From positions 7,254,001 to 7,318,000 of the forward strand of contig OZ024759.1 of assembly GCA_964016885.1 (NCBI GenBank): DNA of 64,000 nt, written 5' to 3'. Both the position numbers and the translations under genes were made by a program. Of the stretch, positions 27,916 to 40,275 are shown piece after piece. Each line of letters opens with the position of its first letter. Position 1 is the stretch's first letter. The notes under the pieces are model-generated. The model saw only the letters and a program-made list of their open reading frames with translations. It ran no database searches and had not been told where the DNA came from. The DNA is from Eledone cirrhosa. Its lineage: Eukaryota.

Positions 27916-28044
27916 CTCTATCATGGTAGCTGAATTCTCTTGTAACATTACAGCTACAAGACCTTGAGACATCTGGCGTCCTTGAAGCTTCAAAGCTTTC
28001 TGCCATCCTTCCTTTTGAGCTTGTTCTTTCAACCATGATTCTGC
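27916..28044 (-). CDS. TSFM: TSFM coding exon 2
   Basis: [32 protein letters not shown]...MIE; acceptor tttcag, donor GAG|GTACC; 129 nt, phase 0/0. Confidence 0.93.
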
Positions 28045-28569
28045 CTGAAAGTAGAGAAAAATAAAACATGGTTGAGTAGTCAATTTCTTTCCCCCGAGAC
28101 ATTCTAACCAGATGTATCAGAGCTGTGATCTCTCAATTCGAAGTAGCAGCTCTACTTGGAGTGACTCTCTGATCTCAGAGCTACGCACTTTATTGACCTA
28201 TAAGATACAATTTTGTTTCTGAGGTGTTTTATTGATAAGGGCCTCAGTCCTATCATATTGTTGTTACAACTCATACCTATGTAGGTTTAGTTGACCTCCT
28301 ATGAGATTATTATATCTCGTAGGTTTTTCAGGTGCTTTAATAAGGGCCCCAATTCTATCATGTAGCTCATACTTAACTTTAGCTCTTACCAGGTTGTATC
28401 TCATGGGATGTTTTACAGGTGTTTAATGATAAGGAGTACAAGTCTTATAGAGAGCAATAAGAAATAAAGTATCTTGCCCAAGAACATAACATGCTGCCTG
28501 ATCCAGAGAATCAAACCCACTACCTTACAATCAGAAGTCCAACAGGTGACATTTTAAGTCTTCTTGCTA

Positions 28570-29090
28570 ACGTGACTTGGGCATTACTGTTGACAACGAT
28601 TTGTGTTGGACAAAGCACATCTCTAAAATTGTCAAGAAGGCCGAGGGTGTCTTAGCATCACTCAACAAGACCTTTGTCAGCCACTCTCCAGCTATCTATT
28701 TAAAGCTGTACATAGCTATGGTGCGGCCACACTTGGAATTCGCATCACCAGTCTGGAACCTCTATCATGCTCAGAATATTGATCTCCTGGAAACTGTTTA
28801 GAGACGTGCAACCAAGCGAATACCCTCCATCAGGCATCTACCATACTCTGAACACCTTGCTTCCCTGGGCATGGATACATAAGCTCCAACATCTGGTAAA
28901 CACCCACAAGATTATTAACCATCTTGCCAACAACAACAACCTGAACACCTTTTTGAATTCCCTATGACTAACACCTGTGGACATGCTTATAAAATTGGAA
29001 AACAGTACAGCTCCCATGACTTTCAGAAACATCTTTTCATGTTCAGAGTTGATGAAGCATGGAACAAACTACCAGCATCAGTTGTTAGCC
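28570..29090 (+). mobile_element. CR1-like LINE 3' fragment
   Basis: DLGITVDNDLCWTKHI...LYIAMVRPHLEFASPVW...LETV*RRATK. Confidence 0.85.
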
Positions 29091-29307
29091 ATCATCCTTC
29101 AAAGCTTCCATGCCAACACTACACTTGATATCCCCCTCCATATACACACACACACACATATATATATATCATGACTCATACACTGTTCACTTTCCTGACA
29201 TTTGTACATTATTCCATGTACTATACATGCACCTTTGATGAGTTGTAGTGCACCTGAGCACTGTACACAATAATTTTCATTATTATTATTATTATTATTA
29301 TTATTAC

Positions 29308-29505
29308 CTGTTCAAGATCACCTCCAAATTTCACCAATGCTTTCTTGCAATTCACAAATGTAAATCCAGTTTTCTTGCGCAATGCACTAAGGAGCTTTTT
29401 ATCAACACTTGCTGCACACATGCAGGGAGAGGAATGGAAGAATTGACCATGGTACAACAGCTGCATGGCTTTAGCCATTAATGAAGTCCTTGATGTTATA
29501 AGCAT
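29308..29505 (-). CDS. TSFM: TSFM coding exon 1 (mitochondrial targeting peptide plus N-terminal UBA-like region of EF-Ts)
   Basis: Translates as MLITSRTSLMAKAMQ...SVDKKLLSALRKKTGFTFVNCKKAL...DLEQ, the EF-Ts N-terminal motif. Donor CAG|GTAATA at 29308/29307, phase 0. Upstream acceptor ttccttgccag ends at 29526, implying an earlier, probably non-coding exon. Start ATG choice is inferred. Confidence 0.9.
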
Positions 29506-29624
29506 GTTATAAGTCAACAAAGAACCTGGCAAGGAATAAAACAAAAAATTAACTCCTTCGATATCACAATGGCAGAATTTTGTTTGTATTGTGATTCTTT
29601 CATTGTTATGTATTTAATTTACAG

Positions 29625-29900
29625 GAAAGAGTGGCTACTTTTCTGAATTGAGAGATCACAGCTCCGATACTATGGGTAGGTGGTTAGAATGTCTCAGGGA
29701 AGAATCGCTGGACAGATTTCACGGGTAAAACCAACCGGCAAAAGACCCAGGGGTAGACCCCAAGCAAGATGGTTGGATAACATCCATGGGCTTGGCTGGT
29801 CTCTCTTGGGGGATACAGCCAGATCAGTTGCTTCTGACAGGACCTGTTGGAGGGAGTGTTTGAGGACTGTCCCCTGACCCTCTCAGGAATAAGTGGGCGA
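29625..29900 (+). mobile_element. RTE-like 3' fragment of a third family (related pieces at about 28095-28160 and 60050-60320, minus strand)
   Basis: QLRYYG*VVRM...GKRPRGRPQARWLDNI. Confidence 0.7.
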
Positions 29901-30779
29901 AGAAGGGGGGAAGGGTGGCAGAGTTAAAGTAAAGACTTTAATATTTAATTTAATACATATTTTATATTCAAGTGTTTATAGTATCTTTACTAGTGGACGG
30001 ATTGTTGTGAAAATGTGCAGTATTAAAGTAAACACTTTAATATTTCACATGATACAGTCATAGTTTTATATGTCTTGCTAATGTGGTTAGGAATCTTGAC
30101 AATACAACGATAGACCTACTTGGACATTTTTTTGTTGACTGATGTCAGAGAATAGTTACGACGACGTGGGTATGATTTAAGGGACATTTGGCTGCGATTT
30201 CTAACAGGTTAAGCGACCACTTATCGGTTACCTGCTTGGCAGTGTTTAAGTTGTCGGCCGAATTGCTGTCATCACAACTTTCCACACAATATATATAAAA
30301 TGTTAAAGTCTGTTTCATGTCGAGAGGTTCATCAGGCCGGAATAAATCTCGGCTAACTGAGAATACAACACTTCCCCTGGACAGGACGCCAGATACTGCT
30401 GGTCACTCTCACACCTGCCCAGGAATCGAACCCACAACATATATACGCTCTAACCACTTACCCACGTACTTTCACATGCTATACCTAGAGATATATTATT
30501 CTTTCAGTTTCAAGATGTTTAAGGGAAGATTGGCTGCTATTTCTAGCAGGTGGAGCTACACTCCTCCTCGTTGGTTGTGTTCCTCCTTCAAGGACGGTGA
30601 TGTTAAGTGTGGTGTCCTTCTCACGAGTAACTAGATGTGACCGTGCTGTTTTATGTTGCCTATGTACAAGCTAAACCAGGAAAGAAGGTTTTATTAACAT
30701 ATAATATAAACACTATTTATTTAATCAATAACTTTTAAAATAAAAACCATCAACAAATCAATAAAAATTAACTAGAGAG

Positions 30780-31052
30780 AAAAACGGAACAAAATAAGCC
30801 GAGAGAAGTCATGTTAGTTTAATTTGCCATTACAAGGACTGGTGGTGATGACATCCCTCTCTAGGTATATTTTAGGTTAAGTGAAAACACTGACAACATT
30901 ACAAGTGATGGCGAGAACGGGGCGCAGGAACAGCCAAGTACCATAGCGAGAGTCACCGAATATTTCAGTAAAACGAGCCTCCAACAAAACTGATTAGACA
31001 ACAAATATTACGAGATGTATAATAATAGCCTTAATATTTTAATAAGCTAAAG

Positions 31053-31099
<47 letters not shown>

Positions 31100-31200
31100 A
31101 ACCTTAAATCAAAGAGAGGAGCAAGATAACGAACCTGGAAGATGAAGAGGCTAATAGTCCGGTCAGGTATTTCTATCAGGAAGTTAATAGAGTTATCCCC
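30780..31200 (-). promoter_or_regulatory. Candidate TSFM promoter / non-coding first exon region
   Basis: Unique, CpG-containing DNA just upstream of the acceptor at 29526, with minus-strand donor-like sites near 30902 (CTT|GTAATG) and 31135 (CAG|GTTCGT). Confidence 0.3.
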
Positions 31201-31502
31201 CTTGTATCATAGAGCTCCGTACATACGCAGATATACTCCCATATACATACATACGTAGATATACTCACACTTACACACATACATACATACGTAGATATAC
31301 ACACACTTACACACATATACATACATACGTAGATATACTCACACTTACACACATATACATACATACGTACATATACTCACACATACATATACATACATAC
31401 ACCGTATATACATATATATATATATATACATACATATGTACATACACATATACACACACATATATACATACATACTTTTTCCTATATACATATATATATA
31501 TT

Positions 31503-31549
<47 letters not shown>

Positions 31550-31588
31550 TATATTAATAAATGGAAACTATATTTATAAAACCATATT

Positions 31589-31654
31589 TATTTTATTATA
31601 TATATTTCAAGGGAATCCAAGGCAAATTATGGTGCGCTTTCATCAGATAAAATA
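31589..31654 (-). ncRNA. Minimal type I hammerhead ribozyme motif (same family as 24440)
   Basis: Minus strand TATTTTAT-CTGATGA-aagcgcacc...ccctt-GAAA-TATATA-TA-ATAAAATA; stem II partly decayed. Confidence 0.62.
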
Positions 31655-31798
31655 CAGATTTGTTTTATAAATAAATATTGACATACCCGGAAAAAAGACA
31701 ACCTTAACGGTTGGAGCTTCCTGGATGTTGAGTGCTTTATATCAGTTATACATATGTTTAAGCTTTTTGAATCCCAACAAATTAAACATAATCTCTGC

Positions 31799-31829
<31 letters not shown>

Positions 31830-31949
31830 CAGAGGTTATATTTAATTTGTTCGGATTCAACAAGCTTAAACATTTTTATAACTATATATATTTCCTATAT
31901 ATTATAACTATATATATATTTATAACTTTTATAACAATATATATATTTA

Positions 31950-31989
<40 letters not shown>

Positions 31990-32659
31990 AAAAAAATATG
32001 ACCCCAACGGCAGAGCTCAAGCCGTTTCGACGCCTATTTATGGCCATCGAAACGGCTTGAGCTCTGCCGTCGGGGTCATACTTTCTCCTATTACCCACTC
32101 TACTACCCTAAGTTTTGAGTACTGTGGTGCATTATGGTCCATCTGGTTCCTTACCACAACTCCTTCGTTTTATATATATATTTCGTTTCTGAATTTGTTT
32201 AGCAAGATTCTTTATCTGAAAACCTGAGTTGAAACCGATATTGTTATACTTTGGGAGGGTCATGTTGCCAATAAGAAACACACGCACCAGTTGCTTTCAC
32301 TTCAATTTATTATAAATTAAATTTATAAATTTAAGAATTTATAAATTTCCGGTTGGTTGGTTGGTTGGTTCCATAACCGGACGGTTGTTCATATATTGTC
32401 AGAGTTCTTTCGTCACACATTCTGTGACCTCTTCACTGACTGGGGATTCTTTTCTTTGTTTTGTGCCTCTCCTTTGTTCTGTCCTACGCCATCTTGTTTT
32501 TGTGTGTGTTGTGTGCTTAGTTTGCGCATGTGTTACATCCGGGTGTCTGTGTGTGTTTTTATTTGTTTGTTTATTTGTTTATTTACATGTTACTGGTTGG
32601 TTGTTTGTTCTATGTGTGTATGTGTTTTCATTTTGTCCTTAATTGTAAGTTGTCATGTT

Positions 32660-34110
32660 GCTATTCCATTCCTCACAGGAGGACAGAAATACGAACCTAA
32701 CCCATAACTTCTTTGTGGACGATCTGAAACTCTATGCCAAGAACATGGATGGGATGAAGAAAAATCTTGACCTGGTTACAACGTTCTCAAAGGATATAGG
32801 AATGGAGTTTGGCCAAGATAAATGCTCTTATATGACTGTAAAGCAGGGAAAACAACAACCCAATCTAGCAACATTGTCATCAATGGCCTAACTGTTTCAC
32901 CGATATCTGATGAGGACTGCTACAGATACCTGGGGATAGATGAGAACATATCCTATAATGGTACCTGTAATAAAGAACGCGTAACCAGGGAATACTACAC
33001 CCGATTAAGAAAGATCTGGTCACCGGAACTCTCTGCACAAAACAAAACAGTGGCTCACAATGTGTTTGCTGTGCCTGTCCTAACACCAATGTTTGGAATA
33101 CTCAATTGGACGATAGACGAAATCCGAGAAGTTGATGTTGGAACTCGAAAAATACTGAACAACACCGGAAACTTCCACATCAACAGTGACATAGACCGCC
33201 TTTACTTGAAACGTAAGCAGGGAGGCAATCCAAGAACAGGAGATTAGCATGAAATACCTGATTCACAAAAGAGATAGTGATGCAGGCAAAACACCTAGAT
33301 GTGATAACAAGTGCAGACTCTGCAGAACTAACATCGAGGATATCACCCATGTCATCAGCAGCTGCCCAAAGATGTCATCGCGGTACTATCTACCTATGAG
33401 GCATGATGTAGTGGCCAAAACACTGTACAATGCAGTTCGTAAAAAAGATAGCCCCGATAACAAACACATTAAAAGCTACAACAATGTGGAAGACATCCAT
33501 GTACATAATATGAAAGAGTACTGGTGGAATGTTCCAGTAAAAACCCCAATAAAATGCAGGCATAACAGACCAGATATTATGACATGGGACAGGGGGAAGA
33601 AAACATGCACAGTAGTGGAAATTAGCTGCACAGCAGATGCCATTATAATATTAAAGATTAGTGAAAAGGAGAATATTTAGGCAGAACTGATGAGAAATCT
33701 GCAGATACTCCACCCTGATTACACCTTCAGATTTATGCCTGTGATTATTGGGGCACTGGGATATGTTAGTAACTGCCTCAATACAAATCTGGAGAAGCTA
33801 GGCTTCACAGGAACAGAAAGAACACAACTAGTTAGGAAATTACAAGTACAATCCATTAATGGAACAGTAAAAATATGTAAAACATTCCAAAAATTTTGCA
33901 TCTAATAACTGCATAACAGATACAAAGCATATACACATACAACTCAAAACATCCACATCCACACATACAATAACATCCATATCTACACATACATACATAT
34001 CTACCTAGTTGATGTTGTGTAAATTCCAATGAGAGAGTCTTGTGTCTATCTTAGAAACCGACTCTCTCTCTATTGGAAAAACTTTGTGAAATTATAAAAC
34101 CAGAAGAACA
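32660..34110 (+). mobile_element. R4/Dong-like RLE LINE, 5'-truncated and internally deleted
   Basis: FFVDDLKLYA, YRYLGI, CCHC knuckle CRLC..EDITHVISSC, RHD, RPDI..VVEISC restriction-like endonuclease; 3' end runs into (CATA)n. Confidence 0.88.
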
Positions 34111-34234
34111 TACATACATACATACATACACACATACATACATACATATATACATACACACATACATACATACATACACACATACGTACATACATACATA
34201 CGTATGTACGTACATACATACATACATACATACA

Positions 34235-34268
<34 letters not shown>

Positions 34269-34286
34269 CACACATACATACATACA

Positions 34287-34730
34287 TGGTGGCTGCCAAC
34301 TCGTTTTCGAGTACGGCCACTACTTTATATCCATGTAGGAGAACCCCTACCGATGCGCTGAACGAGTGTGACTTTTTAGTCCAGCCAGCGACTTAAAAAC
34401 TCTGGTACAAACACTACACTTGTGACAATTATTGACACATAGTGCTGGGCCCATGGTACCATGTGACGACAAGTGCAGAGAGATCTCCAGATATAAAGCA
34501 ATGCCTGTGCCATGAAGCTTTTATCATCTCTCCCGGTGATTTTGGATGGCCATTGACTCTTAAGAGCTCCTTTGCCCTTTGACAGGTTTTGTTTTTAGTC
34601 CTGCAGGATGTCCAGTCACCCTTCTCACCAAGAAACCTTGGTGGGGTTGCCAGTTTAGTCGCCAACAACCCGACCATGAGACAGGTTGTACTGGGATACA
34701 TGTTACCAGTAGCACCAACTGGTGACCTGA
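34287..34730 (-). mobile_element. Short non-autonomous derivative of the C2H2-finger RTE
   Basis: Minus strand encodes KCSVCTRVFKSLAGLKSH; 3' end resembles 35752-35790; flanked by CATA repeats on both sides; the 5' part looks non-coding. Confidence 0.65.
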
Positions 34731-34739
34731 CATACATAC

Positions 34740-35452
34740 CAAGAACTCCCTACCAAATATCTGCTGCATAAAAGGGGAGGGCCATCAGCTGACAATAAAT
34801 GTAGGCTATGTAAAACAAAGATCGAGGATGTAAGGCACATTGTTGCCAGCTGCGAAAGAATGTCATCTCGCTACTACCTCCCCATGAGACACGATGGGAT
34901 AGCTAGAACCATCTGGAACGCACTTCGGAAAACAAAATTAAAAACAAACGAGGAAGAATATATTGAGACAGATGGCACTAAGGAATACTGGTGGAACCTG
35001 AAAATAAAAACTGCCACCAAATTAAAGCACAAACGGCCTGATATTGTTGTTTGGGACCACACATTGAAAACGTGTTCTGTTGTGGAGATCAGCTGCCCAC
35101 TTGATGTAAACGTTGTCAGAAAAATACAGAAGGAGGACATCTATGGACCATTGATGAGGAATTTACAAAGCCAGTATCCAAGATACACCTTTAGCTTCAT
35201 ACCCATCATTATTGGAGCTACGGGTTATATACCAACCCGCTTGGACCAAAGTATGACTGAACTTGGATTTGCGGACAAAAAGCGCAGCTCCCTAATTCAT
35301 AGTCTACAAATGGCTGTGATAGCTGGCACCTTCAAAATTTGCAAAACATTCTTGCGATTCAAGGGATGACAATTTCTTTTCTTTTACAACCTTGCCACCA
35401 GGAAGGTGGCCGGTCAAAAAAAAAATATACTCGAAATTAAGAAAAAGAGATA
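34740..35452 (+). mobile_element. Second R4/Dong-like RLE LINE 3' fragment
   Basis: KCRLC..EDVRHIVASC, MRHD, KRPDIVVWD..VVEISCP; preceded by catacatac and followed by (CATA)n. Confidence 0.88.
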
Positions 35453-35691
35453 ACATACATACATACATACATACATACATACATACATACACACATATAT
35501 ACATACATACATACATACATACGCACATATATACATACATACATATATACATGCATACATACACACATATATACATATATACATACATACACACATATAT
35601 ACATACATACATACATACATACATACATACATACATACATACATACACACATATATACATATATACATACATACACACATATATACATACA

Positions 35692-35725
<34 letters not shown>

Positions 35726-35751
35726 CATATATACATATATACATATATACA

Positions 35752-38330
35752 TGATGGCTGCCCCCCTTGTTATCGAGTATGGCCATTGCACGAAAAAAAA
35801 ACATAACGACAATAATAATAACAACAATAATAATTGTTTCTACTTTTGGCACAAGGACAGCAATTATCTCAGTGTATTACTGGTACTTTATTTTGCACTG
35901 TATAATTGCTGGCCTTGTGCCAAAAGTAGAAACAATTATTATTGTTGTTATAATAATAATTATATATATACACACACACACACATATACATATATACATA
36001 CATATACATATCTATATTTACATATACACACACATATACATATCTATATATACATATATACATACACATATACATATCTATATATATATACACACACACA
36101 CACATATACATATCTATATATATATACACACACGCATATACATATCTATATATACATATATACATACATATACATATCTATATATACATACACACACACA
36201 TATACATATCTATATATACATATATACATACACATATACATATCTATATATATATATATACATACACACACACATGTACATATCTATACACACACACACA
36301 CAATAACAACTAACAGTGCTGCGATCGAATGTGGCTTTTTAGCCCAGCCAATGATCTAAAATGTCTTGCACAGAGTCGGCAACCAAAACATTCACTGGGA
36401 ATAGTCGGCTGTGGTTGGAGTTCGTGTACTTTTGCATGTCGCTTGAGCCCTCCTGCTGATTTACATTCTCTACCACATGTTTGGCAAGCATGATGAGTAG
36501 CATCTCCAACAGCAGCCTGGTAGTCAACCACTGGTCTTACTTTATGACTTCGAAGATGACTTTCGAGTCCAGCTTTGCTTAAGCAGAGTCTCGCACATAC
36601 GCTGCATGTCAGCACCATAAGAGGACCCTTGGCGTCTGGAAGTGCAACAGCAATGCCTTTCGTCACATCCCGCTTTACTTTCTCGTATGTGATTCGAGAT
36701 GACTCAGAGGCAACTTTTCCCTCATATACAGTCTTTCTCCATTTATTACGATCAGCAGCAACATTTTCCCATGTATCAGCAGAGATGTTAGCGTCTTTCA
36801 GAGAGGCTTTCAAGGAATCCTTATACCTCTTTTTTGGTTTATGTGGTGGTCGTTTTCCTTTAACTAACTCTCCATAAAAGAGTTGTTTTGGTATTCTAGA
36901 ATCCTTCATCCTGGCAAGGTGACTACGACAACGGAGTCGTTGCTTAAGCACAAGAGCTGCTATAGAGCACACATAGAGCTTTCCAAAATCTCGACATCAC
37001 TGATGTGGTCCCTCCAGTGAATGCCATGGATCCGTCTGAGACACATCTGATGGAAACGCTCCAATTGCTTAAGGTGGTGTCGATATGTGACCCAGGTCTC
37101 GCAGGCATAAAGAAGAGAAGAGAGCACACATGCCTTGTACACCTTTACCTTTGTCCTCCTGCATATGTCTCGCCGACCCCAGAGTCGCCTTTCTAGTTTT
37201 CCGAAAGCATCACTTGCTTTCCTAATCCTAAGTGAGATTTCACTGTCAAGGTTGCTGTATCGATTGACAGTGCTTCCCAGGCAGACAAACTGATCAACCA
37301 CTCCAAGTCGTTTACCATACACATAGATATTTGGTTCACTGTCCTGCTTACCAGGGGCAGGTTGGTACATGACAACGGTTTTCTTGAGACTGACAGTCAA
37401 TCCTAGGGCAGTGCAAGCACCAGAAAATGCATATCACTCTCTGTGTGCGCTACAAGATTGCAATCATCTGCATACAAGAGGTCTCTTATGATGGATGGAA
37501 ATACTTTTGTTTTTGCAGCAAAGTGCCTGATGTTAAATATGCTGCCTGAGGTTTGATATTGGATGTAAACACGATGCTCACAATTCCTGAATGCAATATA
37601 GAAAACCATTGCAAAATATATGGCAAACAGGATCAGTGCTGGAATATCCCGCTGTTTCACTCCATTTTTTACTGAGATAGGCTCTGACATGTTACCTCCG
37701 ACATTAACCCAAGCCTTCATGTCGTCATGGAAGACCTAACTAAAGCAAGGAACTTATCAGGGCAACCAAGTTTCTGGAGAACCTTCCATAATGCATTGCT
37801 GTTGACAGTATCGAAAGCTTTTGTCAGATCGACAAAAACCTGATACAGATCCAAACCTTGTTCCATGCACTTCTGGAGCTGTCTAGCTGAGAAGATCATA
37901 TCAGTAGTGCCGCGTCCAGCACGAAAACCAGATTGACTTTCAGGAAGAACACAATCTGCAATGTGTGTCAGCAGACGGTCCAGAAGCACCCTACATAAAA
38001 CTTTCCCTACGACAGAAAGCAATGATATACCTCTGTAGTTCCCACAATCATTCCTGTTATCCTTTCCCTTGTACAAGACCACCATTACTGCATCTCTCCA
38101 GTCCTCAGGTACGGATTCATTAGCCCATATCCTGGAAAACAAAGAGTGAAGATGTTGCAGGAGTCTCTCACCACCATATTGTAGGAGCTCTGCATGTATG
38201 GCATCCATACCTGGAGACCTTCCACTGTTCAGCTTCGAGATAGCCACTGCAACCTCCACAAGCGTCGGAGGTTCTGCAAGAGCTACTTTCACAGGTTTTT
38301 CAGGAATGAGATTGAGGAAATCTTCATTGA
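35752..38330 (-). mobile_element. RTE (BovB-like) LINE with three C-terminal C2H2 zinc fingers, 5'-truncated
   Basis: NYRGISLLS, QSGFRAGRGT, FVDLTKAFD, LLYADD, PKQLFYGEL, then CxxC-x12-H-x3/4-H three times; 3' end interrupted by a SINE fold-back and microsatellite. Confidence 0.92.
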
Positions 38331-38589
38331 CATACATACAAACATACATACATAGATAATTACTTGTTTAAACATTGTGTAAGCTCCAATGATTCCAGAC
38401 AGTTGTCTGGAAGAAACGATCATCAGCAATTAAATGTATTAAGCTAAAATTTAATTGTTTTATATTTTGTATCTCTGCTCTGTAATACGTCGGATAATTT
38501 ACATTGAGCTTTTTCTCTTACTGGTAATTAGGTAGTGCTTAATACTACCCTTTCATATTTATAATTATATATAACTCATATATAAGTAT

Positions 38590-39155
38590 CATCATCATCA
38601 TCATCGCTTTACGCTCGCTTTTCCCTGCTTGCAAGAGTGGGACGGGTCCTATTCAGCACAGCATCTCTCCACTTGTCACGGTCCTTCGTCATCTCCACCG
38701 TGAGTTTCAGCGATCTGAAGTCCCCTCTCACCACCTCCGCCCATATTTTTCGTGGTCTACCTCTACTGTGTCTTCCTTCTACTGGGATTTCTTGGCACTT
38801 CTTCATCCGTCGGGCATCAGTGGTGCCTCTTCCTGGTACAAACCCAAATTGCATCTCATCTAGTTTTACCCGGTCCCTAATCAACTGTGCTATAACTCTT
38901 TCTGTTACTTTCATGACCTGGTCCATCAGCTTTATACCTCTATAGTTTCCTCTATCTAAGTGCATCACCTTTACCTTTGTAGCAGTTGACAATGATGCTA
39001 CTGCACCAATCCTTTGGTATGACACCTTCTAGTATTACCTGGTTAACAATACGTGTGGTTATAGTGTGACCTACCGACCCAGATGCCTTCAGCATCTCGG
39101 CAGCTATACCCGATGGACCAGTTGCCTTTCCCAGTCTTGATATCTTTGATGGCCT
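38590..39155 (-). mobile_element. Internally deleted RTE subfamily A-like fragment
   Basis: QFGFVPGRGTTDA joined directly to the C-terminal KKCQEIPVEG...GRPRK; (GAT)n tail. Confidence 0.85.
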
Positions 39156-39749
39156 TACTTATGTGTGTGTGTATATATACACATATATGTGGGTGTCTGT
39201 GATCTATATACACTGGTCATAGACACACACACACATATATATATACACACACACTCACATATATATACACAACACCACCAGCTCTCTCTCTCTTCCATTC
39301 GCCTTCTTTGTCTCCTCTCCCTCTCCCTATGTCTCTCTTTCAATCTACTCTCTCACAACCACTATCTCTTTCTCTCTATCCTCTTTCTCTATTTATGAAG
39401 GTACCTAGAAAACCCCAAATCTCGGGAACCCGTGTTTCGATTTACGCGAGACTTGTTTTAATCCATTTCTATTCCCATTTCAGGGTCAACTTCCTTTCAA
39501 AGTATTTTCCCATTATACACCCTTTTGGCAGTATTACATTACAGCCAAGCAAGCAAGCAATCACAGAGTTTTAATAATATATAGATAGATATAGATAGAT
39601 GTATATATATGTATATATTTTATATTCTCTTTTATTCACAGTTGTATAAAAATACAACAATATATTGCTTACAAATGAAAACACAAACAAATATACTAAG
39701 GAAAGGGAAAGGAAAAAAAGGAAGAGGAAAAGAAAGAAAAAACACACAA

Positions 39750-40275
39750 ACAGGTAATACACATATCTAGGACCACATACAACACACAAGCAGGTAATAC
39801 ATACATCTAGGACCACATACAACACACAAGCAGGTAATACACACATCTAGGACCACATACAACACACAAGCATGTAATATATATATCTAGGACCACATAC
39901 GACATACAAACAGGTAATACATATATCTAGGATCAAATGCAACACACAAGCAGGTAATATACACATCTAGGACCACATACAACACACAAGCAGGTAATAC
40001 ATATATCTAGGACCACATACAACATACAAGCAGGTAATACATACATCTAGGACCACATACAACATACAAGCAGGTAATATATATATCTAGGACCACATAC
40101 AACATACAAACAGGTAATACACACATCTAGGACCACATACAACATACAAGCAGGTAATACATATATCTAGGACCACATACAACATACAAGCAGGTAATAC
40201 ATATATCTAGGACCACATACAACATACAAGCAGGTAATACATGCATCTAGGACCACATACAACATACAAGCAGAT
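39750..40275. repeat. 40-bp minisatellite, about 13 copies
   Basis: Unit caggtaatacatatatctaggaccacatacaacatacaag. Confidence 0.95.

Noticed and set aside
30903-30944. ATG-initiated first coding exon of TSFM
   Set aside because: A phase 0 donor would join the next exon out of frame (VLC-stop); at most a uORF, unsupported without transcripts.
34640-34730. HDV-like ribozyme at the 5' end of the short RTE derivative
   Set aside because: P1-like (caggt/acctg) and P3-like (gta-tcccag-tac) pairings are visible on the minus strand, but I could not place P2 and P1.1 in the required order.
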